From Vicinamibacteria bacterium (GTDB lineage Bacteria; Acidobacteriota; Vicinamibacteria; Marinacidobacterales; Marinacidobacteraceae), in the NCBI GenBank assembly GCA_963422395.1, contig OY729431.1, positions 320,001 through 384,000 on the forward strand: a stretch of DNA of 64,000 bases, read 5' to 3'. Positions 20,485 to 29,425 of the stretch are shown in pieces. Under the pieces are notes generated by a model that made no database searches, was not told where the DNA came from, and saw only the letters and a program-made list of their open reading frames with translations. Each line of letters opens with the position of its first letter. The stretch's first letter is position 1. The translations under genes and the position numbers were made by a program.

Positions 20485-20747
20485 AGGAATTGGAAAGTCC
20501 CGGGACATCGCGCGCTTCCTCCCCCGGAGGGCGCCGAACGGATAGGATTCCCGGTGACTACAGCGCTCGATCCTCCCGGAGTTGCCGTACTGGCCCCGAG
20601 GGAGATTGCTCCGGTTTTGGAGCGAGTGCTTTGCAGGTCTCCGCTCCGGTACGACTTCGGGTCGCTCCGCGATTTTCCGCGGAGCTCGATACCGCCTGCG
20701 GAGGCCCGGAGAAGCCCCATACGAGGCCCCAACAAGGAAGGAAGCGA

Positions 20748-21083
20748 ATGAAGATCACGGAACGCAGCGTGGGCGGAGTGACCGTCCTCGATCTGGAAGG
20801 CAAGATCGTTCTCGGCGAAGGTGACGATGTCCTGCGGGACAAGGTGCGCGAGGTCATCGCGGCCGGGCGCCGCAAGGTACTGCTCAACCTGGCTGCGGTG
20901 CCCTATGTGGACAGCGCCGGCCTGGGGGAACTGGTCCGATGCCACACCCGCATGGTGCGCACGGATGGGAACATCAAGTTGTTGCATCTGACCAGCCGCA
21001 TGCGGGACCTTCTGCAGATCACGAAACTGGTCACCGTTTTCGAAACCTTCGAATCGGAGGACTCGGCTATCGCGAGCTTCTGA
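20748..21083 (+). CDS. STAS-domain anti-sigma factor antagonist
   Basis: VPYVDSAGLGELV phosphoacceptor Ser motif; AAGGAAGG RBS. Confidence 0.92.
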   Translation: MKITERSVGGVTVLDLEGKIVLGEGDDVLRDKVREVIAAGRRKVLLNLAAVPYVDSAGLGELVRCHTRMVRTDGNIKLLHLTSRMRDLLQITKLVTVFETFESEDSAIASF

Positions 21084-21413
21084 GGGTGGCGCGGCAGGCG
21101 TCCGCGTCGGCGGGGCGCATCCGGTCGGAAGATCCGGATCGGCCTCCCCGTCAGACTGCTACCTGAGCGCCTGTCCGTCCCGCCTCTCTGTCGGCCGTCG
21201 GCCGTTCCGGCTGCGGCCCTGCGGAGCAGAAAGTGGGCTTCGGCGATCGCAAGGAGACAGAGGGGAGGGGTGTGTCCTCCCGGCTCCGGCAGCTCCGTGC
21301 GAGACGTGCGGTTTCGCCGATCCTCTGGTCGGGACGCACTTGCGCGTTCCCCCGCCGCTTTCGTCTCCGCGTCAACCCAAGTCCCGCGATTCCAGCGGGC
21401 ACCGAGGAGACTC

Positions 21414-22148
21414 ATGTCGATTTCCGGCTCCATCGGAGCGTCGCGACCCCAGGCGGCTCCCGAAGAGAACAGAACGACCAAGCCGGATGTCGAGGCCATC
21501 ATGGCCGGCATCCGCAAGACCGTCCGCGAACGGGCCGAGGAGGGTGGCAAGACCGAGCGTGAGTTCAAAGCCGATCTGCGCAAGCGGATGATGCAGCCCT
21601 TCGGCGCGCGAGGCTTCAGCGAAGGTTTCATCGAGCGGGTCCGCTCGCGAGATCAGGCCCGCTGGAACCTCGAGCTGAAGCTGCGGCAGCTGAGCGACGC
21701 GCCGTCCGCTCCGATGCGGATGCTCCGCCGGCTCCTCTCGCCGATCGCGCGGCTCTTCGTGAATCTCCAGCCCGTCTTCGAACTCACGGCGCGCCAGGCT
21801 GAGATCAACGAATACCACCGGCGGCTCCTCTGGGCGATGAATCGGGATCTCGAACTCGCCCGGCTGGAACTGGATCTGGTCAAGCGTGAGCTCCGGCGGC
21901 TCGGAGTGAACGCGGAGTTTTCGTTCAGTCGCGTGTCCGGTTCCGGGGAAATTTCGTCGAAAGGAAAAGTGTCAGGCGGACGACACGAGGGCCGGGGCGG
22001 GCGGCAGGACCGCGGCCGCACCGGCGGGCGGCGCAGCAGTGGGGGCCGGTCGGATCGGGAAGGCGGAGGCCGTCGCGACCGACAGGGATCGCGCCCGCCC
22101 CGCAGCGCGCCGGGCGGAGAGAAAGGCAGCGGTCCCGGGGGCAGATAG
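21414..22148 (+). CDS. Hypothetical coiled-coil protein with RG-rich tail
   Basis: GAGGAG RBS, ordered helical core (DVEAIMAGIRK...), directly upstream of the GT4 gene. Confidence 0.7.
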   Translation: MSISGSIGASRPQAAPEENRTTKPDVEAIMAGIRKTVRERAEEGGKTEREFKADLRKRMMQPFGARGFSEGFIERVRSRDQARWNLELKLRQLSDAPSAPMRMLRRLLSPIARLFVNLQPVFELTARQAEINEYHRRLLWAMNRDLELARLELDLVKRELRRLGVNAEFSFSRVSGSGEISSKGKVSGGRHEGRGGRQDRGRTGGRRSSGGRSDREGGGRRDRQGSRPPRSAPGGEKGSGPGGR

Positions 22149-22150
22149 CC

Positions 22151-23611
22151 ATGCACCTCGCTTTCGTGACACCCCGCTTCCTGGCCGAGGACGCCTGTCG
22201 CTCCGAGCGTCTTGCTGCGGCGCTCGCGAAGAGAGCATCCGGCCGCTGGCGGGTCACCGTTCTCACGACCACTGCGGGCAAAAGCTCCGGCGGCCCCTTC
22301 GAAGTCGGACAGGTTCAGGACGAACGCGCCCGGATCCATCGTTTCGCCGAAGCCCCCGAGACAGCGTCCGGGGAGGGAGTGCGGGCGCCTCCCGATGCAC
22401 TGACTTCGTCGCCGCTTCTGAACCACCTGCGGGAGCGTCAGGCGGACTACGACCTGATCGTGGTGTTCGGCTCACGTTTCGCTCTCTGCCGCGAAGCGGC
22501 GCGGATCGAGCCCGAGCGCACCGTTCTCGTGCCCTTCGCCGACGAAGGGGGACTGGATGCTGCCGCGCGCGCCAAGGTGTTCGACCAGCTGGCCGGCTTC
22601 CTCTTCGAGAGCGAGGCCGAAGAGGTCGAGGTGCTGGATCGCTACGGAGTCCATCGCCGCATGCGCGAGACGATCGGAGGAAGCCTACTGTTGCCGCGTT
22701 CGGCCGACGCCGCTGCCTTCCGGCAGCTCTCGGGCCTGGACAGCCCGTATCTGATCCACACCGGCCCCCTGGAGCCGGGCCGCGGCCTCGAAGAATTCGT
22801 CCGTTACTTCGCGACCTTTCGGGAACGCCACTCCGACGCCTCCCTCGATCTGGTGCTGATCGGCTCATCACTCTCGATCCGCATTCCCGGCCGATCGGAC
22901 ATCCGGGTTCTCGACCTTCCCGAGGCCCAGCAGCGTCTCGATGCGGTCGCCGGCGCGCTGATGGCGGTGATTCCCGAACGACTCGCCGGATCCGCCGCGG
23001 CGGCGGAGCCGTTCTCGCTCGGAACGCCCATCCTCGCTAACGCATCCGCGGTCGAGCTGGTCCGCCACTGCAATGCTTCGAGCGGCGGTCTCTACTACCA
23101 AGGCTATGAGGAATTCGAGTTGATTCTCGAGATTGCGCTCGGAGAGCCGTCCCTCATCGGGCGGATGGGGGAGGCCGGACGCGCCTTCCTGGAATCGGAG
23201 AACGACTGGGACGCGTTGATCGCCCGCTACGACCGGGCCTTCCGCAGCTTCACCCGCCCTTCCCGCGCCGGACAGCACCAGCAACCGGCAGCGCCGCGGC
23301 TGGCCGCGGAGCCTCCGCCAGAGGAATCTGCAGCGGCTGCGGAGGGGGTGGAGCCGCAAGGCCCCGTGCCGGCGGCAGACGCCGCCCCTGGATCTCCGGA
23401 ACTGGCGGACGCGGATTCGGAGAACGCCGATTCAGGATCGGCGCCGGAGACCGGACTCCTGCCGGTGGAGCGCGGCGGCTCCGCCGCTCCGGGGAGTCCC
23501 GCCGACGAAGAAACGGTTGCCCGGGAAACCGAAGCGGTGGCTCCTGCTTCGGATCCGGATCCGAAGCAGGCTTCGCTGCCGAACTTTTTTCAGGGCTCCC
23601 TCCGGGACTGA
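22151..23611 (+). CDS. Glycosyltransferase family 4-like protein with acidic/Pro-rich tail
   Basis: LAFVTPRF, VTVLTT, GTPILAN and GGLYY; GT-B layout. Confidence 0.75.
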   Translation: MHLAFVTPRFLAEDACRSERLAAALAKRASGRWRVTVLTTTAGKSSGGPFEVGQVQDERARIHRFAEAPETASGEGVRAPPDALTSSPLLNHLRERQADYDLIVVFGSRFALCREAARIEPERTVLVPFADEGGLDAAARAKVFDQLAGFLFESEAEEVEVLDRYGVHRRMRETIGGSLLLPRSADAAAFRQLSGLDSPYLIHTGPLEPGRGLEEFVRYFATFRERHSDASLDLVLIGSSLSIRIPGRSDIRVLDLPEAQQRLDAVAGALMAVIPERLAGSAAAAEPFSLGTPILANASAVELVRHCNASSGGLYYQGYEEFELILEIALGEPSLIGRMGEAGRAFLESENDWDALIARYDRAFRSFTRPSRAGQHQQPAAPRLAAEPPPEESAAAAEGVEPQGPVPAADAAPGSPELADADSENADSGSAPETGLLPVERGGSAAPGSPADEETVARETEAVAPASDPDPKQASLPNFFQGSLRD

Positions 23612-25473
23612 TCCCGCCGCAGCGAGCGGGCGGCGCGGCGGAGAGCGGCGACGGCGTTCCGGTGCAGCCGGACAGCGGTATCTATGCCTTCGGGGCGGTT
23701 CGTCAGCAGCCAGAGGCGTCGAAATCTCCTCGCAAGGCGGAGCTGGCGATCGGCGAGGCGGGTCAACTCGTCCGCCAGCTGGTGTTTCCCATCGGGGTTC
23801 GCCCTGGGGGCCGATCGGTACCGGAGCGCCGCGAGACCCCGCTCCGCGGCGAAGAGCGAGGCGTCGAGCGCGTAGCGCCATTCGAGGCCGGGTTGCCCCG
23901 GGGGCAGACCTCGTTCCTCCACCTCGGCCGCCAGTCGGCGCAGCTTTCCGAGGGTCCTCCCGAGCGCCTCCGGCCTCGGAATCCGCCGGCCCGCGCGCAG
24001 CTTCGTTTCGAAGAACACCGTCTTCAGCGGCGAGTGGTTGAAGTGTTGGAATCCGGCGTCGTGGAGCCGTCCGAGCCGAGCCGCGAACTCCCCCGCGAAC
24101 CCCCGAGGGTCTCCGGCGACCTGCTCCGAAAACGCTGCCCGGAGTTCGTCCTCCGGCCGCTCTTCGTTGCCCCAGGCGGCTTCGGCGCCCACCGCGAGCG
24201 GATAGAGAGAGCCGCCGAAGAGGTTGAAGTGCCCGCCGTCACCCCAATCGGTGACGATCAGCCCCGAGGCGCCGAATCGTCGGGCAGCTCGGGCGTGCCC
24301 CCGGATGTTGGGGAGTGCGGTGTCGAGCCTCGGGAACAGACTGCTCCAACCCGAAGTTCCGGCCACGGTGAGGAAGTCCCGGCCGGCGCGCCGGAACCGC
24401 TCGACCCGGTCGAAGTCGTGATCGGGCTCGTACCACCAGTCCGCGAGCACGATGTCGGAGTCGAGCAGGTCGAGCGCCTCGGGATGTTCGGCGAGCACAT
24501 CGGCCCAGATCATCGGACGCTTTCCCAGCGCTCGCGCGATCGCCGCCACCCGGTTCCCATGACCCGCGAAGAGCGCGGCAGGGCCCTCTCGGGCCGCGCG
24601 CGCAGCGGACTGTCCCTCGCCGAGATCCACCGGTTCATCGCAGTTGAGGTGCGCCCAACCGGAAGTGAAACAGGGCAGATATTCGCCGAGGAGATCGCGG
24701 AGGAGCGGATAGGTTCCAGGAGCTTCGGGAGATACCGACCAGAGCCGGTCCGACTCGGCCAATCCGCGGTAGCGGTCCTTTTCGAGAATCCGGCGCAGGT
24801 GTCCGAAGGTCTGGAGGCAGGGGACGAGTTCCACCTGATGTGAGCGAGCGTGCTCGTCGAGTTCGTGGATGTCCCCGGCGGAGAACCCTCCCGACCCGGC
24901 GCCGATCTCGGGGTGTTTCTCGAACAGGAAGGTGTGCTCGGTGTAGAGCATCAGTTCGTTGTAGCGGAGCCGGGCGAGAAGCTCGATCAGCCGCTTCACC
25001 GTTTCGACCCGGGGAACCCGGCCTCGGGAGATGTCGAGCAGGAACCCGCGGCGCCGGAGAGCGGGGGTGTCCCGGATCAGCCCGGCGGGAATCTCTCTCC
25101 CGTTGACGACGAGCTGGGCTATCGCCTCGGCTCCGTAGCGGAGTCCGGCGCTCCCCGCCGCGGCCAGCAGCACGCCGCAACGATCCACCCGGATCTCGAA
25201 GCCCTCCGCGCCCGACGCGGATTCGGCCTCCTGGACTTCAGCCAGGGTGATTTCTCCGACCGCTCCGGCGGGTGCTGCCCGGTCGCTGATACCGGGCCGC
25301 CGCCCGGCACGCTCGCCGAGCCGCGAGACCAGGAAGTCTGCCGCCATCCGTTCCGCCGGCGAGCCGCTTCGGAGCCGGGTTCGGGTCGCTGGTGAAAGCG
25401 GAAAGACGCCGTCTCCGGATTCGGCGAGGCGCGGAGAGGGAAGCATCCGCGCGGCGAGATTCCGGCTGGCCAC
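23590..25473 (-). CDS. Glycoside hydrolase family 20 (beta-N-acetylhexosaminidase-like)
   Basis: RRGFLLDISRG, QTFGH, catalytic HLNCDE, TDWGDGGH. Confidence 0.85.
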   Translation of the reverse strand: MASRNLAARMLPSPRLAESGDGVFPLSPATRTRLRSGSPAERMAADFLVSRLGERAGRRPGISDRAAPAGAVGEITLAEVQEAESASGAEGFEIRVDRCGVLLAAAGSAGLRYGAEAIAQLVVNGREIPAGLIRDTPALRRRGFLLDISRGRVPRVETVKRLIELLARLRYNELMLYTEHTFLFEKHPEIGAGSGGFSAGDIHELDEHARSHQVELVPCLQTFGHLRRILEKDRYRGLAESDRLWSVSPEAPGTYPLLRDLLGEYLPCFTSGWAHLNCDEPVDLGEGQSAARAAREGPAALFAGHGNRVAAIARALGKRPMIWADVLAEHPEALDLLDSDIVLADWWYEPDHDFDRVERFRRAGRDFLTVAGTSGWSSLFPRLDTALPNIRGHARAARRFGASGLIVTDWGDGGHFNLFGGSLYPLAVGAEAAWGNEERPEDELRAAFSEQVAGDPRGFAGEFAARLGRLHDAGFQHFNHSPLKTVFFETKLRAGRRIPRPEALGRTLGKLRRLAAEVEERGLPPGQPGLEWRYALDASLFAAERGLAALRYRSAPRANPDGKHQLADELTRLADRQLRLARRFRRLWLLTNRPEGIDTAVRLHRNAVAALRRAARSLRRDQSRREP

Positions 25474-25527
25474 GATCTCACTCTATCCGCTGGTATCCTC
25501 ACTCCCGGAGCGCTTTGCGCGGCGGAA

Positions 25528-26232
25528 TTGGGCCAGACGGGGATCGCCGCTCTCGCTGTTTCCTGGGTCGAGCCGGATACGGTGGTCGGGCTCGGAACCG
25601 GGCGGGCCGCGTCGGCTTTCGTACGCGGACTCGGGGTCCGCATTCGCGCCGGCCTGCGGGTCCGGGGGGTTCCGACCTCGCGCGCCACCGCGCGGCTGGC
25701 CGGTTCCCTGGGGATCCCGCTCGTGGGGTTCGATGAAGTGAGCTCGGTGGATCTGGCGGTGGACGGAGCTGACGAGGTGGACCCGGACCATCACCTCATC
25801 AAGGGACACGGCGGGGCGCTGGCGCGCGAACGGGTGGTTGCGGCGGCAGCAGCCCGGTTCGTGGTTCTGGTGGGTCCGGAAAAGCTCTCGCCGCGCCTCG
25901 GCGCGAAGCGATCGGTACCGGTGGAAGCGATTCCCTTCGCCGCGCCGCAAGCCCGCAGGGCGCTCGAACGGCTCGGCGCCGAGGCCAGGATACGGACGGA
26001 GGCTGATGGAAAGCCTTTCGTGACCGACAACGGCAACTTCCTGCTGGCCGCTTCCTTCGGCGGGATCGCCGATCCGTCGAGCCTGCACCGGCGCATCCGG
26101 GAAATCCCGGGGGTTCTCGATTCGGGCATCTTCACCGGGATGGCCGGGCAGGTTCTCGTGGAAGGGCGGGACGGTCTTTCCGGGACCCGCACGGCGGCGG
26201 TAGGAGTTTCGGCAGGGGTGCCGGGTCGGTGA
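25528..26232 (+). CDS. rpiA: Ribose-5-phosphate isomerase A
   Basis: GLGTG, DGADEVD, IKGHGGAL, TDNGN. Confidence 0.93.
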   Translation: MGQTGIAALAVSWVEPDTVVGLGTGRAASAFVRGLGVRIRAGLRVRGVPTSRATARLAGSLGIPLVGFDEVSSVDLAVDGADEVDPDHHLIKGHGGALARERVVAAAAARFVVLVGPEKLSPRLGAKRSVPVEAIPFAAPQARRALERLGAEARIRTEADGKPFVTDNGNFLLAASFGGIADPSSLHRRIREIPGVLDSGIFTGMAGQVLVEGRDGLSGTRTAAVGVSAGVPGR

Positions 26233-26978
26233 GCGGGGTCGCGATCTCGTTTCGGGAGGTCGTGAAGAGTTTCGACGGAAAGCGGGTGCTGCGCGGCGTC
26301 TCGCTCACGGTCGCTCCGGGCGAGATCGTGGTGTTTCTCGGCCGAAGCGGATGCGGCAAGACCACCCTGCTGCGCCTCGTGAACCGGTTGGTCGCTGCAG
26401 ATTCCGGCGAGGTCGCCGTTGGCGGCCGCAAAGTGACGGAGTGGGACCTGGTCGAGCTGCGGCGGAGTATCGGGTACGCGATCCAAGGAGTCGGCCTCCT
26501 GCCCCACCTGAGCGTCCGCGAGAATGTGGCCCTCGTGCCGAGGCTCCGCGGATGGAGTCCGGAGCGCCGCCGGACGCGGGCCGCCGAGATGCTGCACCTC
26601 GTGGGGCTCGATCCAGCGGAGTACGGCTGCCGTCGCCCGGCCGAACTCTCGGGCGGGCAACAGCAGCGGGTGGGGGTAGCGCGCGCACTCGCCGCCGATC
26701 CGCAGGCTCTCCTCATGGACGAGCCGTTCGGGGCGGTGGATCCGATCGGGCGGCGGAGCCTGCAGGAGGAGTTCCGCTCACTCGCCAGCGATCTCGGGAA
26801 GACCGTCCTCTTCGTGACTCATGATGCGGCGGAGGCGTTTCGACTGGCCGACCGGATCGCGGTGATGGCGGATGGAGAAGTTCGGCAGGCGGCTTCGCCC
26901 CGAGAGATCCGGGAGTCGCCCGCCGACGGGCTGGTGCGGGGTCTGATCCAGGACATTCCGCTGGGGGACCTCCGATGA
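26229..26978 (+). CDS. Osmoprotectant (OpuC/OsmV-type) ABC transporter ATP-binding subunit
   Basis: GRSGCGKT, LSGGQQQRVG, MDEPFGAVDP. Confidence 0.9.
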   Translation: MSGVAISFREVVKSFDGKRVLRGVSLTVAPGEIVVFLGRSGCGKTTLLRLVNRLVAADSGEVAVGGRKVTEWDLVELRRSIGYAIQGVGLLPHLSVRENVALVPRLRGWSPERRRTRAAEMLHLVGLDPAEYGCRRPAELSGGQQQRVGVARALAADPQALLMDEPFGAVDPIGRRSLQEEFRSLASDLGKTVLFVTHDAAEAFRLADRIAVMADGEVRQAASPREIRESPADGLVRGLIQDIPLGDLR

Positions 26979-27625
26979 GTTTCCTGGAATTCCTCAGCGG
27001 GCGCTGGCCCGAGCTCGTCGAACTGACCATCCAGCACATCGTGCTCGTGACCGCCTCGGTGGGGGCTGCGATCGCGATCGCCGTTCCCCTGGGGCTCGCC
27101 ATCACCCGGATTCCCGCTCTGGGGCGTCCGCTGCTCGGTTTCGCCAGCGTTATCCAGACGGTTCCCTCGCTCGCCCTGTTCGGCCTGCTGATCCCCCTGC
27201 CGCTGATCGGAGGCATCGGCAGCCGGACCGCGATCATCGCCCTGATCCTCTATGCTCTGCTGCCGATCCTGCGGAACACGGTGACCGGAGTGAAGCAGCT
27301 CGACCCCGCGATCCTCGACGCCGCCGACGGTATGGGGATGACCGATTGGCAGCGGCTGACGCTGGTTGAGATCCCGCTGGCGCTGCCTTCGATCTTCGCC
27401 GGGATCCGGATCGCCGCCGTGGTCGGCGTCGGGCTGGTGACGATCGCCGCCGCGGTGGGCGCCGGCGGGCTCGGCTCGTTCATCTTCCGGGGGCTGGCGA
27501 TGCTCGATTCCCGATTGCTCTTCGCCGGAGCGATCCCTTCGGCGCTCCTCGCGCTGGCTGCCGACGGCGGGCTCGCCCTGCTCGAATCCCGCCTCGCCTT
27601 CTCCCGCGGAGTGCGCGTGCGATGA
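26975..27625 (+). CDS. Osmoprotectant ABC transporter permease
   Basis: IQTVPSLAL, LPILRNT, EAA-like DAADGMGM, GAGGLG. Confidence 0.9.
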   Translation: MSFLEFLSGRWPELVELTIQHIVLVTASVGAAIAIAVPLGLAITRIPALGRPLLGFASVIQTVPSLALFGLLIPLPLIGGIGSRTAIIALILYALLPILRNTVTGVKQLDPAILDAADGMGMTDWQRLTLVEIPLALPSIFAGIRIAAVVGVGLVTIAAAVGAGGLGSFIFRGLAMLDSRLLFAGAIPSALLALAADGGLALLESRLAFSRGVRVR

Positions 27626-28677
27626 AGCGGGGCGAGTCGAACCGGAGACCGGCACCCTGGCAGGCGATGTCCGATCAGGCGATGTGCCGGCAATCGGAAC
27701 GGCAGGCGGTCTCCCGGCGGAGCTTTCTCCGCCGCGCCCTCGGCGCCCCGAGCGCCCTGCTCGCGCCCGGCCTCGCTACCGGGCTCTCCGGGGTGCGCTG
27801 TAATCCCGGAGGGCCTTCGTCGATCGTGGGCGCGAAGACCTATTCCGAGCAGCTGATCCTGGGCGAAATCATCGCGCGTCTCGTCGAGGCCGAAGGGGTG
27901 CCGGTCACCCGGCGCTTCCAGATGCAGACCTTTCTGCTGCACTCCGCCCTCGGGACCGGAGATCTCGATTGTTATGTGGAGTACACCGGGACCGCCTATT
28001 CCGCGATCCTGCGCGAAACCTTCGTGGCCGGGCAGACCGCCGCGGCGGTGTACCAGCGGGTGAAGCAGCTCTACGAGGAGCGGTACGACCTCCGTCTCGG
28101 GCCGCCGATCGGCTTCTCGAACGACTATGTGGTGGCCATCCGCCGGGACCATGCGGCGGAGGCCGGACTCGCTTCCCTTTCCGATCTGGCACGCACCGAG
28201 GGATTTCGCCTAGTGGCGGGGTATCCATTCTTCGAACGCGCCGATGGATTTCGGGGGATGATCGACTTCTACGGTTTCACGTCGCCGCCGGAAACCATCC
28301 AGGTGGATATGGACATGGTCTGGCAGGTGATCGAGGCGGGGGAGGCGGATGTCGCGATCGGCAACTCCACCGACGGCAGGATCTCGAAACTGGATCTCGT
28401 CCTCCTCGAGGACGACCGCTCCTGGTTCCCTCCCTACCAGTCGGCCGTCGCGTACCGCCCGGGTGCGGTCCCCGCAGTCCGGGAAGTCGCCGAACGGCTC
28501 GGCGGCGCCATCGACACCGAGACGATGCGCGCGCTCAACCTCCGGGTGGATGTGGACGGCGAGCAGCCCGACGAGGTCGCCGCCGACTTCCTCGCAAGCA
28601 GCGGCCTCATCGACCCTTTTCCCGCGCGAGGCGCCGCCGCCCTTCGGCGACTACCAGCCAGAGCCCTGCCGCAGTGA
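27622..28677 (+). CDS. Glycine betaine/osmoprotectant ABC substrate-binding protein (Tat signal)
   Basis: SRRSFL twin-arginine motif, EQLILG, YVEYTGT, FPPY. Confidence 0.88.
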   Translation: MKRGESNRRPAPWQAMSDQAMCRQSERQAVSRRSFLRRALGAPSALLAPGLATGLSGVRCNPGGPSSIVGAKTYSEQLILGEIIARLVEAEGVPVTRRFQMQTFLLHSALGTGDLDCYVEYTGTAYSAILRETFVAGQTAAAVYQRVKQLYEERYDLRLGPPIGFSNDYVVAIRRDHAAEAGLASLSDLARTEGFRLVAGYPFFERADGFRGMIDFYGFTSPPETIQVDMDMVWQVIEAGEADVAIGNSTDGRISKLDLVLLEDDRSWFPPYQSAVAYRPGAVPAVREVAERLGGAIDTETMRALNLRVDVDGEQPDEVAADFLASSGLIDPFPARGAAALRRLPARALPQ

Positions 28678-29368
28678 TGAGCAGCGCGATCAGCGCGCTC
28701 CTGCCGACAGTCCGCGCGGTGTAGGCGAACACGCTCGTTCCATCGGCAACCACGCGGAGTGTGCCGTCGTCCCCGAGGTCCGCAAGATCCGGTGTCCGCT
28801 TCCAGGCCAGCACATTGCCCCGCCCGATCGGCCCCTCGCTGTTGTGTTCGAGGATTCGTCCTTCGGTCTGGATCCGGATCTCGACCGCCGGCGGCGCATC
28901 CGTGCCGGTCGGACCGGTGGTCGGACCGCCGGGCGAGCCCGTCGGCACGGAGATTTTCATCGAAAGCTCGAAGCCGCCTTCGGCGGTACGCTGGAAGCGG
29001 CACTCGCGCCGGAGAAGCGGCGCCCCGCAGAGGGCGCTCGGCGAGTCGAAGGTCAACGCGCCCTCGATCCGGGAATCGCGCCGCTCCCGGGTCCGTTCCA
29101 CCGTCCGTCCGGGGCCCGAGAGCAGCTCCCGCATCGCGGCCTCCGCCCCCGCGCCCCCGAGATCGGGCACGAGGCGCGGAGCGGCCCGGATCACCGATTC
29201 CCCCGAGCCATCGAGCGAAAAACGGTGGTGTTCTTCCCAGTCGGCCGGGGAGCATCCCGACAGGGTGAGGAGCAGCAGCAGCGAGAAGCGCGCCGCCGAT
29301 CGGTTGCCTGCGTTCGGCTGGCGCCGGGACTCTCGGATTTTCGGCGTGGCTGCAGCTGCTGGCCGCAG
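28607..29368 (-). CDS. Hypothetical lipoprotein with C-terminal membrane anchor
   Basis: Lipobox LLLLLTLSGC and C-terminal TM helix; no canonical start nearby (CTG assumed). Confidence 0.55.
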   Translation of the reverse strand: MRPAAAATPKIRESRRQPNAGNRSAARFSLLLLLTLSGCSPADWEEHHRFSLDGSGESVIRAAPRLVPDLGGAGAEAAMRELLSGPGRTVERTRERRDSRIEGALTFDSPSALCGAPLLRRECRFQRTAEGGFELSMKISVPTGSPGGPTTGPTGTDAPPAVEIRIQTEGRILEHNSEGPIGRGNVLAWKRTPDLADLGDDGTLRVVADGTSVFAYTARTVGRSALIALLITAAGLWLVVAEGRRRLAREKGR

Positions 29369-29425
29369 CGTGCTCTCTTCGCTCGGTGCTCGGGTCGCCC
29401 CGTAGAATCGGAGCTGCTTCCCTCG

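Noticed and set aside
20400-21413. tRNA-Sec or another RNA gene in the larger intergenic regions
   Set aside because: Several hairpins, but no cloverleaf, T-loop or recognisable RNA family.
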